From Massalongia carnosa (lineage: Eukaryota), in assembly GCA_965645245.1 (NCBI GenBank), contig OZ287076.1, positions 806,001 to 870,000 of the forward strand: a stretch of 64,000 nucleotides of DNA, in the 5' to 3' direction. Below the pieces are notes generated by a model that did no database searches, had not been told where the DNA came from, and saw only the letters and a program-made list of their open reading frames with translations. Made by a program: the position numbers and the translations under genes. This document shows positions 37,471-48,081 of the stretch, piece after piece (the first letter of the stretch is position 1; the number at the start of each line of letters is the position of its first letter).

Positions 37471-38635
37471 CTCATCTGCATCACCGGCTTATCTCACTCC
37501 GTCTGACACGGCATACAGCTCGCCTCCTTCAGACCGAAAAGAGTGAAGATTAAGTGGTGTAGGCTTTTTTTTAAACTCATATCTTCGACCCTAGGTTCTA
37601 AAAATGCTGCTATTAAAGCTAATTTTTGTTGACGAGGTTTCTTTTAAAAGTGACTCGGGATGAGGTAAGAAACCAGATACTCTGCTTAGGATAGCTATGA
37701 CGATTAGCATTCTTGAGAGATTAATAATCTGAAAAGTAGCGGATAGGAGTTATCGAGAGGTTTCTTACGTTTGGTGAGCTTGTGAGAGGCGAGATTGCTC
37801 TAGGGGAGTCGGCTTCTAAGACGGATAGTAAGGAAAAGGTTGGCTTTGTGGATTACCTAATTGAGTAAACCAAATGATAGTGAAGTAAACAGAGCGGTTT
37901 AAATGGAAATACGTTCATATTGACAAATATAGAGAAATTCCATCATCAAATTCATCCTCGAGGTGATCCATACTGGTGGAGTAGCTTTTGATATTGTAGG
38001 AGATGCCACGGTCAGTTATAAATTGATGATAGGAAAAAATCACCATTTCAATTCAGTAATGCATGAACCCCGTCGTTTTCCTTCTTCAGACTTCGTCAAC
38101 GATGCCCCCTGTCCCAGAAAATTCCTGCCTCTTGCTGGATTTTTGATCAAGTATGCCTCTAAACCCTCTAGAGAGCAAGTTATGTAATATAGACCCGCGC
38201 ACAGAGTTGGCTCACTGAGATCAAGGCTGACTTATTCAGACGCCCAATGAGGATCTGTAGCAGTTTGGAGAAGGCAAATACACGCTGTAATTGAAGGAAA
38301 GCTACTGGTTTTATTATTGGCATTGTGTTCCCGTGGTTATCTTAAACATATGTTTCGTAGCCCGCTGCAACGTAGTTGGACGCTGCAAAATCAGCGAGAC
38401 CGGATCAGTTAGTTAGCAATAGTCCTTGTTAGCAACGGAAAGTAAGGCTAACGCAGATTCTGGGGGTGGATGAGTGGTTTGCCCTATAGCCTCGGAGAGT
38501 ATCCTACGAGCGAAGCGTTTGACAAACACGGTCAAATACTAGCGGAACCGGGAAATAACGATGATATTGACTTACATCATAGACTGAGTTTGCATTAGAT
38601 TAAATTTTTATTAAGATTCATTAATAACATCCACA

Positions 38636-38707
38636 AGCACTGTGGCGCAGCGGAAGCGCGCCGGGCTCATAACCCGGAGGGCTCTGGATCGAAACCAGAC
38701 AGTGCTA
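38636..38707 (+). tRNA. IMT: Initiator tRNA-Met (CAU), intronless
   Basis: Cloverleaf with acceptor AGCACTG/CAGTGCT (A1:U72), anticodon arm CCGGG-CTCATAA-CCCGG with three consecutive G-C pairs, and T-loop GATCGAAA (A54/A60); all are eukaryotic initiator hallmarks. T7 Pol III terminator at ~38733. Confidence 0.97.
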
Positions 38708-39246
38708 TTCATGATCTTCAAAATGGGATTAATTTTTTTGCGTATTTGGACGATCTTATGAGTTTTTGGAGGTTCAAGATATTTTGCAGGTTTTATGAAA
38801 CTTCTTCATTCGTTGTGTGCGAGCAGCACTTGTGCGGAGACTTTAGATAGGCACAGTAAGCTAGTTAAGGGTCTCACAACTCCACACTCCGGATGCTAGG
38901 CGCACGGACAAAATCTCTTTTTCAATATGCTACGACCGCTTTCGGAATGGAAGATAAGGGCTGCTCGTCCATTCCGAAAGTGAACAAGCACAAATCGTTG
39001 GGGAATAAATATGGATATACATGGGAAAAGAGAGATCACTACATTTGTCATATTTCTTTCTATGCCAGAACTAATGGGTTCTGGCCTTCGTTCCTTGAGA
39101 AAACTCAAATGAGCATTAATAAGTGTGTTAATCTCCTCTCAAAGGATGTATTGCTCTACAGTTCTAAGTATTCCATCTTACATAAATCACTGCTTTTAAC
39201 AACATATACATCCCAATAAGTCCTCCTGCTAAGAAGCCAATCGCCA

Positions 39247-39286
39247 AACGCCAAGAGACTTGAACGCCAAGAGACCTGAACGCCAA
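39247..39286 (+). repeat. 16-bp tandem repeat AACGCCAAGAGAC(T/C)TG, 2.5 copies
   Basis: Copies at 39247-39262 and 39263-39278, partial copy at 39279-39286. Confidence 0.8.
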
Positions 39287-39650
39287 ATCAATCTAAACCA
39301 AGCAATGTAGCATACACTCCGCTTCTGAAACCCCTATAAGAAACCATAATCCCAAATTGGCAGCAGAAACTCCAATGATAACAAAAATTAGCAATTCGTA
39401 GTAGATCAAAGAGAAGAGACAGATGTGCATCTGAAAGAAAGAATTTTCAGCAAGTTTCCCGATGTACATGAAGTGGCGATTCGGCAGTGGCGTGACCAAG
39501 CGGCGTAGATATCCAACGAGCGAGCGGGCAGAGAGAGACAGTAGTAACCGGGTTTCGTAAGTCGAGAGCAACGATCTGGCGAGCGACAGGGGAAAAAACA
39601 CAAGAGCGGAGAAGCGCGGCAAGAGCGTCCAAGACAGAGGGCATCTGGGC

Positions 39651-42182
39651 TTAGAACAAGCATCCGTGATCCTTATTGTACTGATTGCAGGCCTCCCGGA
39701 AACCGTAATAATCGTTGCGGTAAGCGTCAACGACAATGTAGTTCATCTGATGCTTGTGGATCACCGTGTGAAGAGGACTTGTGAAGCACATGTAGCAGTT
39801 TACATGCTCGTCGCTCTCTCCCTTGCCTAGCATAGCGCTGACTTCCGCCTGCACCGCATCACACTGCTCGTCTTTTCCCTTGAGCAAGTCGGGAGCTTGT
39901 GAGCCGTCGTTCAGTACCGGCCAGTGCCAACCATTGTGGCATAAGGACAGGTAAGTCTGCACCGGCGGTGCCCGTTGACGGCTCAAGTTCGCTTGGCACG
40001 TCCTGGCCAGTCCTTCGCCGTTCTGGTTGGCGACCCAGTTCCCAAATCCAGCCTCCTGGTGGAAGAGCTGCGTCTCGTTGCCGGAGGTATTTCCGCAAAG
40101 GCACGGGAGATCCTGACTGTGACTGTGATGCTTGTAATTTTTTGGTATCACCGCATCAGAGTAGCAGACCGGAAGGTGACTGCCCGAGCTGGTAGTAGCC
40201 GTGCCCGCCAGAAGCTCGCCAACAGTCGGAAAGAGATTTTCCGCGCTTTGATTGAAACGATGGTCCTGCCAATGCTTAAAGGATCCTGCGATGAAATCCT
40301 CGATACCCATGTCCCAGTCATTGTCCGGCTTAGCCAGGTCGGAGAGGCCGTACATTTCGACGTCTTTGCCAGACTTCCAGTTTCGCCAGCACTGTGTTTG
40401 GCACATTGTACCAGGCTCAGGCTCAAAGCGCGAGTGCGCAATCTTCGAGTGTTCGCTGGTCTTGCCGTGTGCTCGCGTGCAGTATAGGAAGCACATCTGA
40501 TCTTTCAGGATCGACGAGATTACTGAATTCTTGAAGTAAATCGTGATATCCCTGCGCAAAATGTCATCAAAAATCCTAGGGTGCCTGGGAAAGATTCCAC
40601 TCACTTCTCAACCTGTGCGGGCTCATCCACAAACCGAAGATGATCGTTCGCGCTGAGCTGCACGAATTCACCGCCATATAGCTGGTCAGCCAAAACGCTT
40701 ATTCCCATGGGGAAAAAGTTGCCTAATAGCTGATTAGCAACGTTTCTCCAAAGTATGAGCCGTGAATGCCTCACCGTTGTCTCCAAACCCAACCCCTTTA
40801 ATGATCTCGGCAATGTCTGTTTGGATATGCGACCGGAACTGGATACCGGCTCGCTCAATATTTTTATCCAATGTCAGCTCGTGCCTGTGCTCATCTTCTT
40901 TGGCTGGGTTTGGAAACTGCGCGCAGTATTTCGTTTCAGTGTCTGTGCCGGCAATCTATATCGAATAGCGTTAGTATAGAAAACTCAAGATCGGGACGAA
41001 AAAGAGAAATAGTACCATCATCGGGAAACCGGCGAAGCCAAACGAGAATGCACCAGCTTTATCGCTCGAGATCTTGCTATATGCTTTCATCCCGTTGTGT
41101 TTGACAAAGCTGTGACTCCATGGGGCACCGACGGTTTTCGGGTACCCTCTCGCTGTCGCGACTCTCCCGGCCTTGGCGGCATCCTGCATGGCGATGAGGG
41201 AATTAATCCTGGCTTTCTCGGCCGCTTCGTGAGCTTCTTTGACCGTCATTCTTTGTTCAGCCAAGGCATCTGCAGCCTCTTGCTCTGCGCTCCTGGAAAC
41301 GCCCGCCGCCTTTTCAGCTACCAGGGCTGCCTCAGCTTCACCTTGCCTGGCAACGGCGCTTGCTTCTGCAGCTGCAAGCTCTTCGGCAGCTATGCCGGCC
41401 CTTAAAGCGGTAGCCTCTGAAGTCTCAGCGATTGCAATAGCCTCCATAGCCGCTTCAGTAAGCTTTATTCCGGAGCCAGCGATAGGCGCGAGTATAAGCG
41501 TTGCCTGAACAAGAGCATTCAAGAGACCTTTGAGGATGTTGATCTCCATTTTGCATTGGGCTTCCATGCTGTCGCTGTGTTTCCAGAAGAAGGTGTGGGC
41601 CATGTTGCCTGCCATACTGGCCACGTTCATTTGTGCGGGAATGCTTTGCTCCTATCGTTGGAGTTAGCTAGAAAGCTTGGCAGCAGAAGAAAGCAGGCTT
41701 ACGGTCACAACCCCGCTTATCAAGACAATATTGTTCACCGACAGATTGATGAAGTATATCTGTCGCGCAACCTCTTTATCTTGTGTCTTGGTCAAGATAT
41801 CATCACAGGTTGGCATACGGAGGCATCCCTTGTAGGTGACGCCGCAATCCATCTCCGACCATCCCAAAACATCCTCAAGGAAGAAGCTTGGCTCCGATGT
41901 CCTCTCTAGCCATGCTTTCGATGACTTGTTTACCGACATCGACCAGTTGAGATACGCTGGCCCTGCCTCAGATTCAGCCCAGCGATCGGGGTTGAAGTAG
42001 CCATCATAATCGCAGTAAAGTTGAGGCCCATCTCCAGAGCTTATCCACTTGAACGTATCTCTTCTGGAGAAGCGCTCTACCACGGAGTTTGGCCGGTCCG
42101 AGGGATATGAGTGGATCATGGATCCACCCAAGAATGAGAGGAGGAAGGTGAACGAAACGAGGCAAATAGGATGGAACCTCAT
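39651..42182 (-). CDS. Secreted, Cys-rich hypothetical protein, 5 exons, ~771 aa
   Basis: Exons 42182-41703, 41651-41016, 40955-40775, 40722-40605 and 40551-39651 total 2316 nt, in frame, all GT-AG. Signal peptide MRFHPICLVSFTFLLSFLGGS, dibasic SRR|D, Cys-rich N- and C-terminal parts, central hydrophobic segment plus Ala/Glu helix. Confidence 0.8.
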
Positions 42183-44734
42183 GATGAAGGGAGGGTACTG
42201 TGATTGAAGCTCAAGGTAAAATTAATAAGGGAAAATATACAGTGGGGACATCAGAAAATGAAAGGGGACGGAATACTTTTATAGTTTGTTAAGGGAGAAC
42301 TAAAGAGGAAAGGTGTAATAGAGTATTTCTTCTATTGGAGTATAGAGCAAGAAGAGGGAGATTTTTTGAAGATTGCTTGACAGGTAGTACAGAAAGAAGC
42401 TCCGAAAACCCGTGGTATGTTATAGTATAGAAGTATGTAAAGGGTATTTTGGTTTCTATGCTATATAACATAAAAGGGAGTTGCTGAAGTCTGGTTGCAA
42501 TTCCAGTCAGAGAGAAGTAGAGGGTTTATATAGCTTTTCGGAACTCGAAATGGAAAGAGCTTCAAAGGCTTCATGAAACTCGAACTAGTATCTATCTGAT
42601 AAACTAAGGGTAACTGCGAAGGGCAAAACACCGCTATCAAGCCATGAACTATAAACTTATTGAGAAGCTCCACCAGCCAGTGAGATAACTTCTGGAAACC
42701 CGTGGAAAGTGCTATAGAGCAATCACAAGCCAAAAGATTGAAGGTTCTCTGAAAGATTGAAGACGGAGAGGCTGAAAAACGACGCTATTAACAAGCCATG
42801 GAATTTAAAGGCTCTCCTTATCGTCTCTTAGATGCTCGAATGGAAAGAGTCCAAAAAATCGCAAGTGCGCAGCTACCTAATACATTGAAGGGTAGGCACG
42901 CCAGACTATCACGCAATGAGCCCTATACCAAGCGGAAAGCTCCCTTCCCTCATAACGATTTCTGCAAGCTCAAGCGTAAAGAGCATTCAAAGAGTCAAGG
43001 CATCAAGATGCCTACTAGCCCGAAGGTTGAAACGAGGAACTACAGGCTCAAAGAGGAGATCCGCTTGCCACAATGAATATTTTTGTTCATCGCGGGAATG
43101 AAGCAAAGTTTTAATTTTCGAGTCACCCAAAGAAAACAAAGAAAGTATGATGATCTATGAAATCCGATACAAGGGAAGGCAAGGACATCCCAGCTCAAAA
43201 TAAACGTAACCCTTAAGAGATTTTCTGAAAATGGCCGTATAGGCTACAACAAAGGTACAGATTAGAGAACGTCCAAAACCACTTTGTGAAGGATTCTAAT
43301 CACACCCCGAGCTTCACGTATGAACAGATAAAATCTTCGATTACCCTGTAATATCCGATAGATAACGAATCAGTTTTGTGACTCTTGGAATTCCCTATAT
43401 GACTTTAAGTTTCAACGAGGTTGCAAAAGTCAGTCACAGTTTGGAAACTTCCAGCGGTCAGCCCATCGACCCAGTAACCAGTTGTTCACGGTCGCAGATC
43501 CTTGCGATAATGGTTATCTAGGTGAGCTAGAGGGGCAACTTGATGAAAGAAGAAAAGATGTGACACAGCCTCCCCATGAGGAATATCAAGGCAGGAGAAA
43601 AAAGGCAGAAGAAAATGGGGATGAAAGTACGGTAAAGGGGACGAGGTGAAGCGCCAACTGATGACTATGCGATTGAAGCCAACCCGCTTAGAGTTAGCTC
43701 TTTTACTCTCGTCATCTGTTTACGTAAGTGTATCTTGATTGGCGCGCGTGTTGAATCGAGGGTCACGAGATAGTTAATTCTTGTTGCCCGGTCGTCGGTT
43801 CTTGGCATTGTTTACGAAGATGTTTCCTTGTCGTTCACTCTCACTCAATTGTGGCCTGTTGATATCATCATCTTTCATGATTATAGACGCAGCGCCAGCT
43901 CACTCTACAGAAACGACTCTGCACGTGAAGATGAGATAAAGGCGTGCGGTATTTCATATCAGGAGTAACAGGTTAGATTTCGCTCTTGTGTATGCACCCA
44001 AGTCAAAAAGGTGGCAGTGTTGATTGAGGATCCTCAGAGCACATCTCTTATTCGCTGCTCCCATAAATCGTCTCAGCTTGATTCTGCAGCGCCGTCACAA
44101 AAGAGGTAGCATTCGGTTCGCTCCACCATTATTAGACGAAATCGATTTGCTCGCTCTTGCACCCGTCATAACATTTGAACATGCCAGAGACTTTCGTTTA
44201 CCCAAGGCATGAAGACGTGTAAATTAAATCTGGAGTTCATGGGAAGCTTTTTCCCCAACTGTAAAATTCCCGTAAGAAGTACATAAGCAGCGTTAGAGAC
44301 TTAGCCGTTGAACTTCTTATCGTCTTACTCTGTCGCCGTGCAGGCCACGTCGGCGGCTGCAGTTTCCGTCCGGCACCAGAGGAGCTCAGCTAGCTTATAC
44401 TTGATAATATTGGGAAGCGATCAAAACAAACCACCATATCGTTGAAATCCTTGGAATTCTACATCTCATCACTTCACTATAGCACGATTTACTAGCGACT
44501 TTAGTGTCCCACATCGTTCCTGAAGATCAATGTACGCCTTTCGAAGCACGTTGAGCAGAGCGTTTGGCAAGATACAAGAGAGTCGCTCGGGGTAACATGA
44601 AGCACTCTGGAAGAGCTTCATTGCGCTATCGACGAGTACAACTGAATTGTCGGGAAACAAGTCTCCAGACTTTAGTAATTGTGTCATCAATATCTCAAGC
44701 TCCGACCTCTTCCTTATAACGTCACGTCTCGGCC

Positions 44735-46831
44735 ATGAACCCTCCACCGCCTCCCCCTCCGCCTCATGGAAATACTGGTCATAAAGGATCTGGTCTGCCG
44801 CCAGGAAACTACGACATCTTCATTATCCCCCCACATTCATCGGGCTCTGGGTTCCTCTATCTACCCTCGCTTCAAACGCATCGAAACAGTTTTCTAGCTG
44901 GGGTGGCATCTACAATACTAGCGGTATCTATTTGGTCAATAGTCTTTCCCGTACTGCGAGAATGGTTTGCTACAATCGTGGCCAGCGGGGGCATGGCAGT
45001 TGTGGTTCTTCTAGTAGGAGTCGGGGTTGCCGGGTGGGCGTGGGGAAAGACACAAACAGAGACAGGTGGACCTAGTGAAGGAGGAGCAGGGGGTTCGGCC
45101 AATCCCCAGGGCAATCCTCATGCGAGCGCTCATACAAACGGTTTTCCAAGCGGAGGTTCCACGCCGCAGCCTCCGCCTCAACCTCCGCCACAACCTCCGC
45201 CGCAGCCCCCGCCTCAAGCCAATGATGCGCCTCACCCAGAACCACCACCAGCTTCCGAGTCGCGAGCTCCCCCAAAGCCAACGTGGCAACGCGCAACTCC
45301 AGGGGCGACAAGCGCCAATGGACCCGGTGACTTCGGCGCGAACAGAAACAACACTGGGTGGGCCAAGCCAGGTGCTGCGAAAGGTGGATGGGAAAAAGCA
45401 AGAGAGGAGACAAGAAAGAAAGAGGAAGATCGCAGGAAAGCTGAAGAGCAGAGGAAAAAGAGGGAAGACGACGAGAGGGAAAGAATAAGGCGGAGAGACG
45501 CTCGAGAAAGAGAGATGCGCGAGAAGAAGGAAAAGGAAGCCCAAGAAAGAGAACGTCGAGAAAAAGAGGAGCAGGATAAAGAAAGTCGGGAAAAGGAACG
45601 CCGACAAAAAGAGGAGCGGGAGAAAGAACATCGAGAAAGGGAGGAGAAGGAAAAGGAACGCCAAAAACAAGAAGTACAGGAAAAGGAACGCCACGAGAAG
45701 GAAGCACGGGAAAAAGAACGCCGAGAGAGAGAAGCGCAGGAAAAAGAGCGTCAAGAAAAGGAGGCACAGGAAAAGGATCGCCGAGAAAAGGAGGCGCAAG
45801 AAAAGGAACGCCGAGATAAAGAGATGCAGGCAAAGGAACGCCGGGAAAAGGAACTGTTGAATATCCTTAATAAGGAACGGCGAGAAAAGGAAAGGCTGGA
45901 AAGGGCACTGCGGGAGAAAGAACTTAAAGAAAAAGCCGAGGCCACAAAACCTCCCCCACAGCCCAGTACAAGAAAGACCGAATACTCAAGGCCTGCATCC
46001 CCTACCAAGCGGCATCAGCAACCCACAGCCAAGACAGCAACGGAAGATAGCACATACTCCTTCAGGCCCTACGACAAGCCCAAACGACCAGCCCACACAG
46101 CGACTTCCGCCTCCTCAATCTACTCAGAATCCTCCTACGCTCCATCGTTTTCCACCAGCCGCACAACCCCACCGCCGTCTCAACGTGGACCGTATCACAG
46201 CAAAGATCCCGACAAGATTGTTCTTAAGGCTGTTTATTCCTTCAACAACAGCTTCACCAAAACCCCCATCGCGCAGCTAGTCTCCGGGGTCGGTTCTGTA
46301 ACGGACGGTCTCGTGCTACGGATCACAACGGAAGGTCTGTTCATCGACGACGACGTAAGAGGCGTGCCTCAGCGGGAATGGGATGTCAAAGCGTGGACGT
46401 TGAAACTGGTAGAGGTATGGTGCCCCCACTTCCATGCGTTGGGAGCAAGTTCTGGCTCCACCCCTGCCGCTCGCGCCTCTGGGCTCTTTGGAAGGAAAGG
46501 TGCATCCAAGGCGCCATCAAGCGAAGAATCAGAGGAATTTTTGAAAGGCTTCAGCGGTATCTGCAAGCTTCGATCTACATTGGCAGACCGATCTAACAAT
46601 AGCACCTTTTCTTCACAGAGCGGCGAGGCCAAAGGCCTGCACGTGCTTCGCGCCAACATCCGTGACCAGGACGGCAAGCGCTACGTGTTTGTACTGCACG
46701 AGGAAGAAGGCTGGAAGGTGGCGGTCGGGTTGCAGAGGCTGCGCCGGGGGACTCAAGTCCGCGCTTTGGGCGTAAGTGGTATGAGCCCCAACGAGGCCAA
46801 GGGATTGTTGGAGAACATGGGATGGACGTAA
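44735..46831 (+). CDS. Conserved hypothetical membrane protein: two N-terminal TM segments, Pro-rich linker, long E/R/K charged-helix repeat, ordered beta-rich C-terminal domain; 698 aa
   Basis: Single-exon ORF. YDIFIIPPHSSGSGFLYLPSL, two hydrophobic helices, ~10-aa repeats EKERREKEAQ, C-terminal DPDKIVLKAVYSF...GLVLRITTEGLFIDDDVRGVPQREWDVKAWTLKLVE. Confidence 0.88.
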   Translation: MNPPPPPPPPHGNTGHKGSGLPPGNYDIFIIPPHSSGSGFLYLPSLQTHRNSFLAGVASTILAVSIWSIVFPVLREWFATIVASGGMAVVVLLVGVGVAGWAWGKTQTETGGPSEGGAGGSANPQGNPHASAHTNGFPSGGSTPQPPPQPPPQPPPQPPPQANDAPHPEPPPASESRAPPKPTWQRATPGATSANGPGDFGANRNNTGWAKPGAAKGGWEKAREETRKKEEDRRKAEEQRKKREDDERERIRRRDAREREMREKKEKEAQERERREKEEQDKESREKERRQKEEREKEHREREEKEKERQKQEVQEKERHEKEAREKERREREAQEKERQEKEAQEKDRREKEAQEKERRDKEMQAKERREKELLNILNKERREKERLERALREKELKEKAEATKPPPQPSTRKTEYSRPASPTKRHQQPTAKTATEDSTYSFRPYDKPKRPAHTATSASSIYSESSYAPSFSTSRTTPPPSQRGPYHSKDPDKIVLKAVYSFNNSFTKTPIAQLVSGVGSVTDGLVLRITTEGLFIDDDVRGVPQREWDVKAWTLKLVEVWCPHFHALGASSGSTPAARASGLFGRKGASKAPSSEESEEFLKGFSGICKLRSTLADRSNNSTFSSQSGEAKGLHVLRANIRDQDGKRYVFVLHEEEGWKVAVGLQRLRRGTQVRALGVSGMSPNEAKGLLENMGWT

Positions 46832-47578
46832 ATGAATAAAAGATGCATTTTGCCAACAAGGGGGGGAGCGAGGGGGCGGAATGGAAACAACGACTTCGAA
46901 CCACTGTGGCAGACACACCATCGCCCATCACATCCCAATCACAACTAGAACAACCCCATGGTACTTAAGCTAGGGAGGAGCGGCTATTTCCTCCAATTCT
47001 ATACACGACTTCGCACGAAGAAACGCCATCATTTTCAGTTCCCCTTTTTCTCTCTCTCTTAGGTGGTGAGGGTGGGGCATTGCATACCGTAACATGTAAC
47101 GTGTGTGTGTGTGTTTACAGACAGCGTCGGAGCATACGAGCGATGGAGTTTTTGTTTCTTAATTTCTCATTTTCTTTACATTTCGTTTTCCGTGTGAGAG
47201 GATTCGAGCCATGTTCGATAGAAAACCCCTTCTTGTCCACAGTTTGTTAACCCCGCTGGGAAGAGAAAGCTTGGGGGGTGATGATGGAAGGGGCGGAGAA
47301 AAAGGCAGCTGTGGGTGACTTGTTGGGGAAGGAGAAGGTGCTTGCTTCCTCTAGTTAGCGATCTCGCTTTCCATATTTCGTGATTGTGCATTCCCCCTTA
47401 TCCCCCCCCCCCTTTCAAAACCCCCATCTATCAACCAACCACTCTAAAGAGCACCCAAAGATCCCCTCCCCAGGGAGAGGGCCGCCAACTAGTATTCTGG
47501 TATTCAATTCTTCCCCCAGCTCTACCTCCACCTACACACCTCCTCCCATCCTATCCGCCCAACTCAACCCAGCCCAAC

Positions 47579-47926
47579 TTAGTTAGTTAGTTAGTTAGTT
47601 AGTTTAGTCTATCCGTTCCTCCCCCCCGGATGAATAGGTATCTTATTATTTCATGATTAATTGATTGATTGATTGGACCAGTTCCCCCCCTCCCAAAGTA
47701 GGTAAGTCCCCTGCATTTGAGGGGGGGGGGGGGGGGGGGCAAAAGGTAAGCAAAGATCGAATCGTCGATATATATACATTCTGAATGGGCGGATAGGTGG
47801 GTTTTCGTTGGGGGATGAGTGAGTGGGCTACCTACGGCTTGGAGCGTAGTAGGTACGTTGGAATTGATTGAGTGCGTAGATAAGGGGGGGGGGGGGAGGG
47901 TAAGGTAAGTAAGTAAGTAAGTAAGT
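47579..47926. repeat. Cluster of simple repeats: (TTAG)6, G19 homopolymer at 47721-47739, (GTAA)5
   Basis: Directly visible between two convergent genes. Confidence 0.85.
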
Positions 47927-48081
47927 AGGGCTTGAGGAAATAGACTACGAGGGAGATAAGCTCATGAACTTGTATTTCGGTTTCGCTCTGATTGCATGCG
48001 TGTCACGAGACCTAGTAATGGGTGGACCCGTTCGCCTCTCCATGCTTGCTTCCTACTTACTTTTTGTCTTGCGTCGCCAAA

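Noticed and set aside
33493..42182. Gasdermin partner for the caspase-like protease
   Set aside because: No neighbouring ORF shows recognisable gasdermin/RCD-1 features.
20900..43700. Intact Starship or other giant transposon
   Set aside because: No DUF3435 tyrosine-recombinase captain ORF and no boundary direct repeats or TIRs could be recognised.
42750..44500. Short ORFs (60-92 aa) as genes
   Set aside because: No motifs and no splice structure joining them into a credible CDS.
45011..46008. Long Phe/Leu/Ser-rich minus-strand ORFs (262, 253 and 85 aa)
   Set aside because: Antisense shadows of the purine-rich E/R/K repeat in the plus-strand gene.
47579..47602. Telomeric repeat or CRISPR-like array
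   Set aside because: (TTAG)n is a simple microsatellite, not TTAGGG; no repeat-spacer structure exists anywhere in this eukaryotic window.
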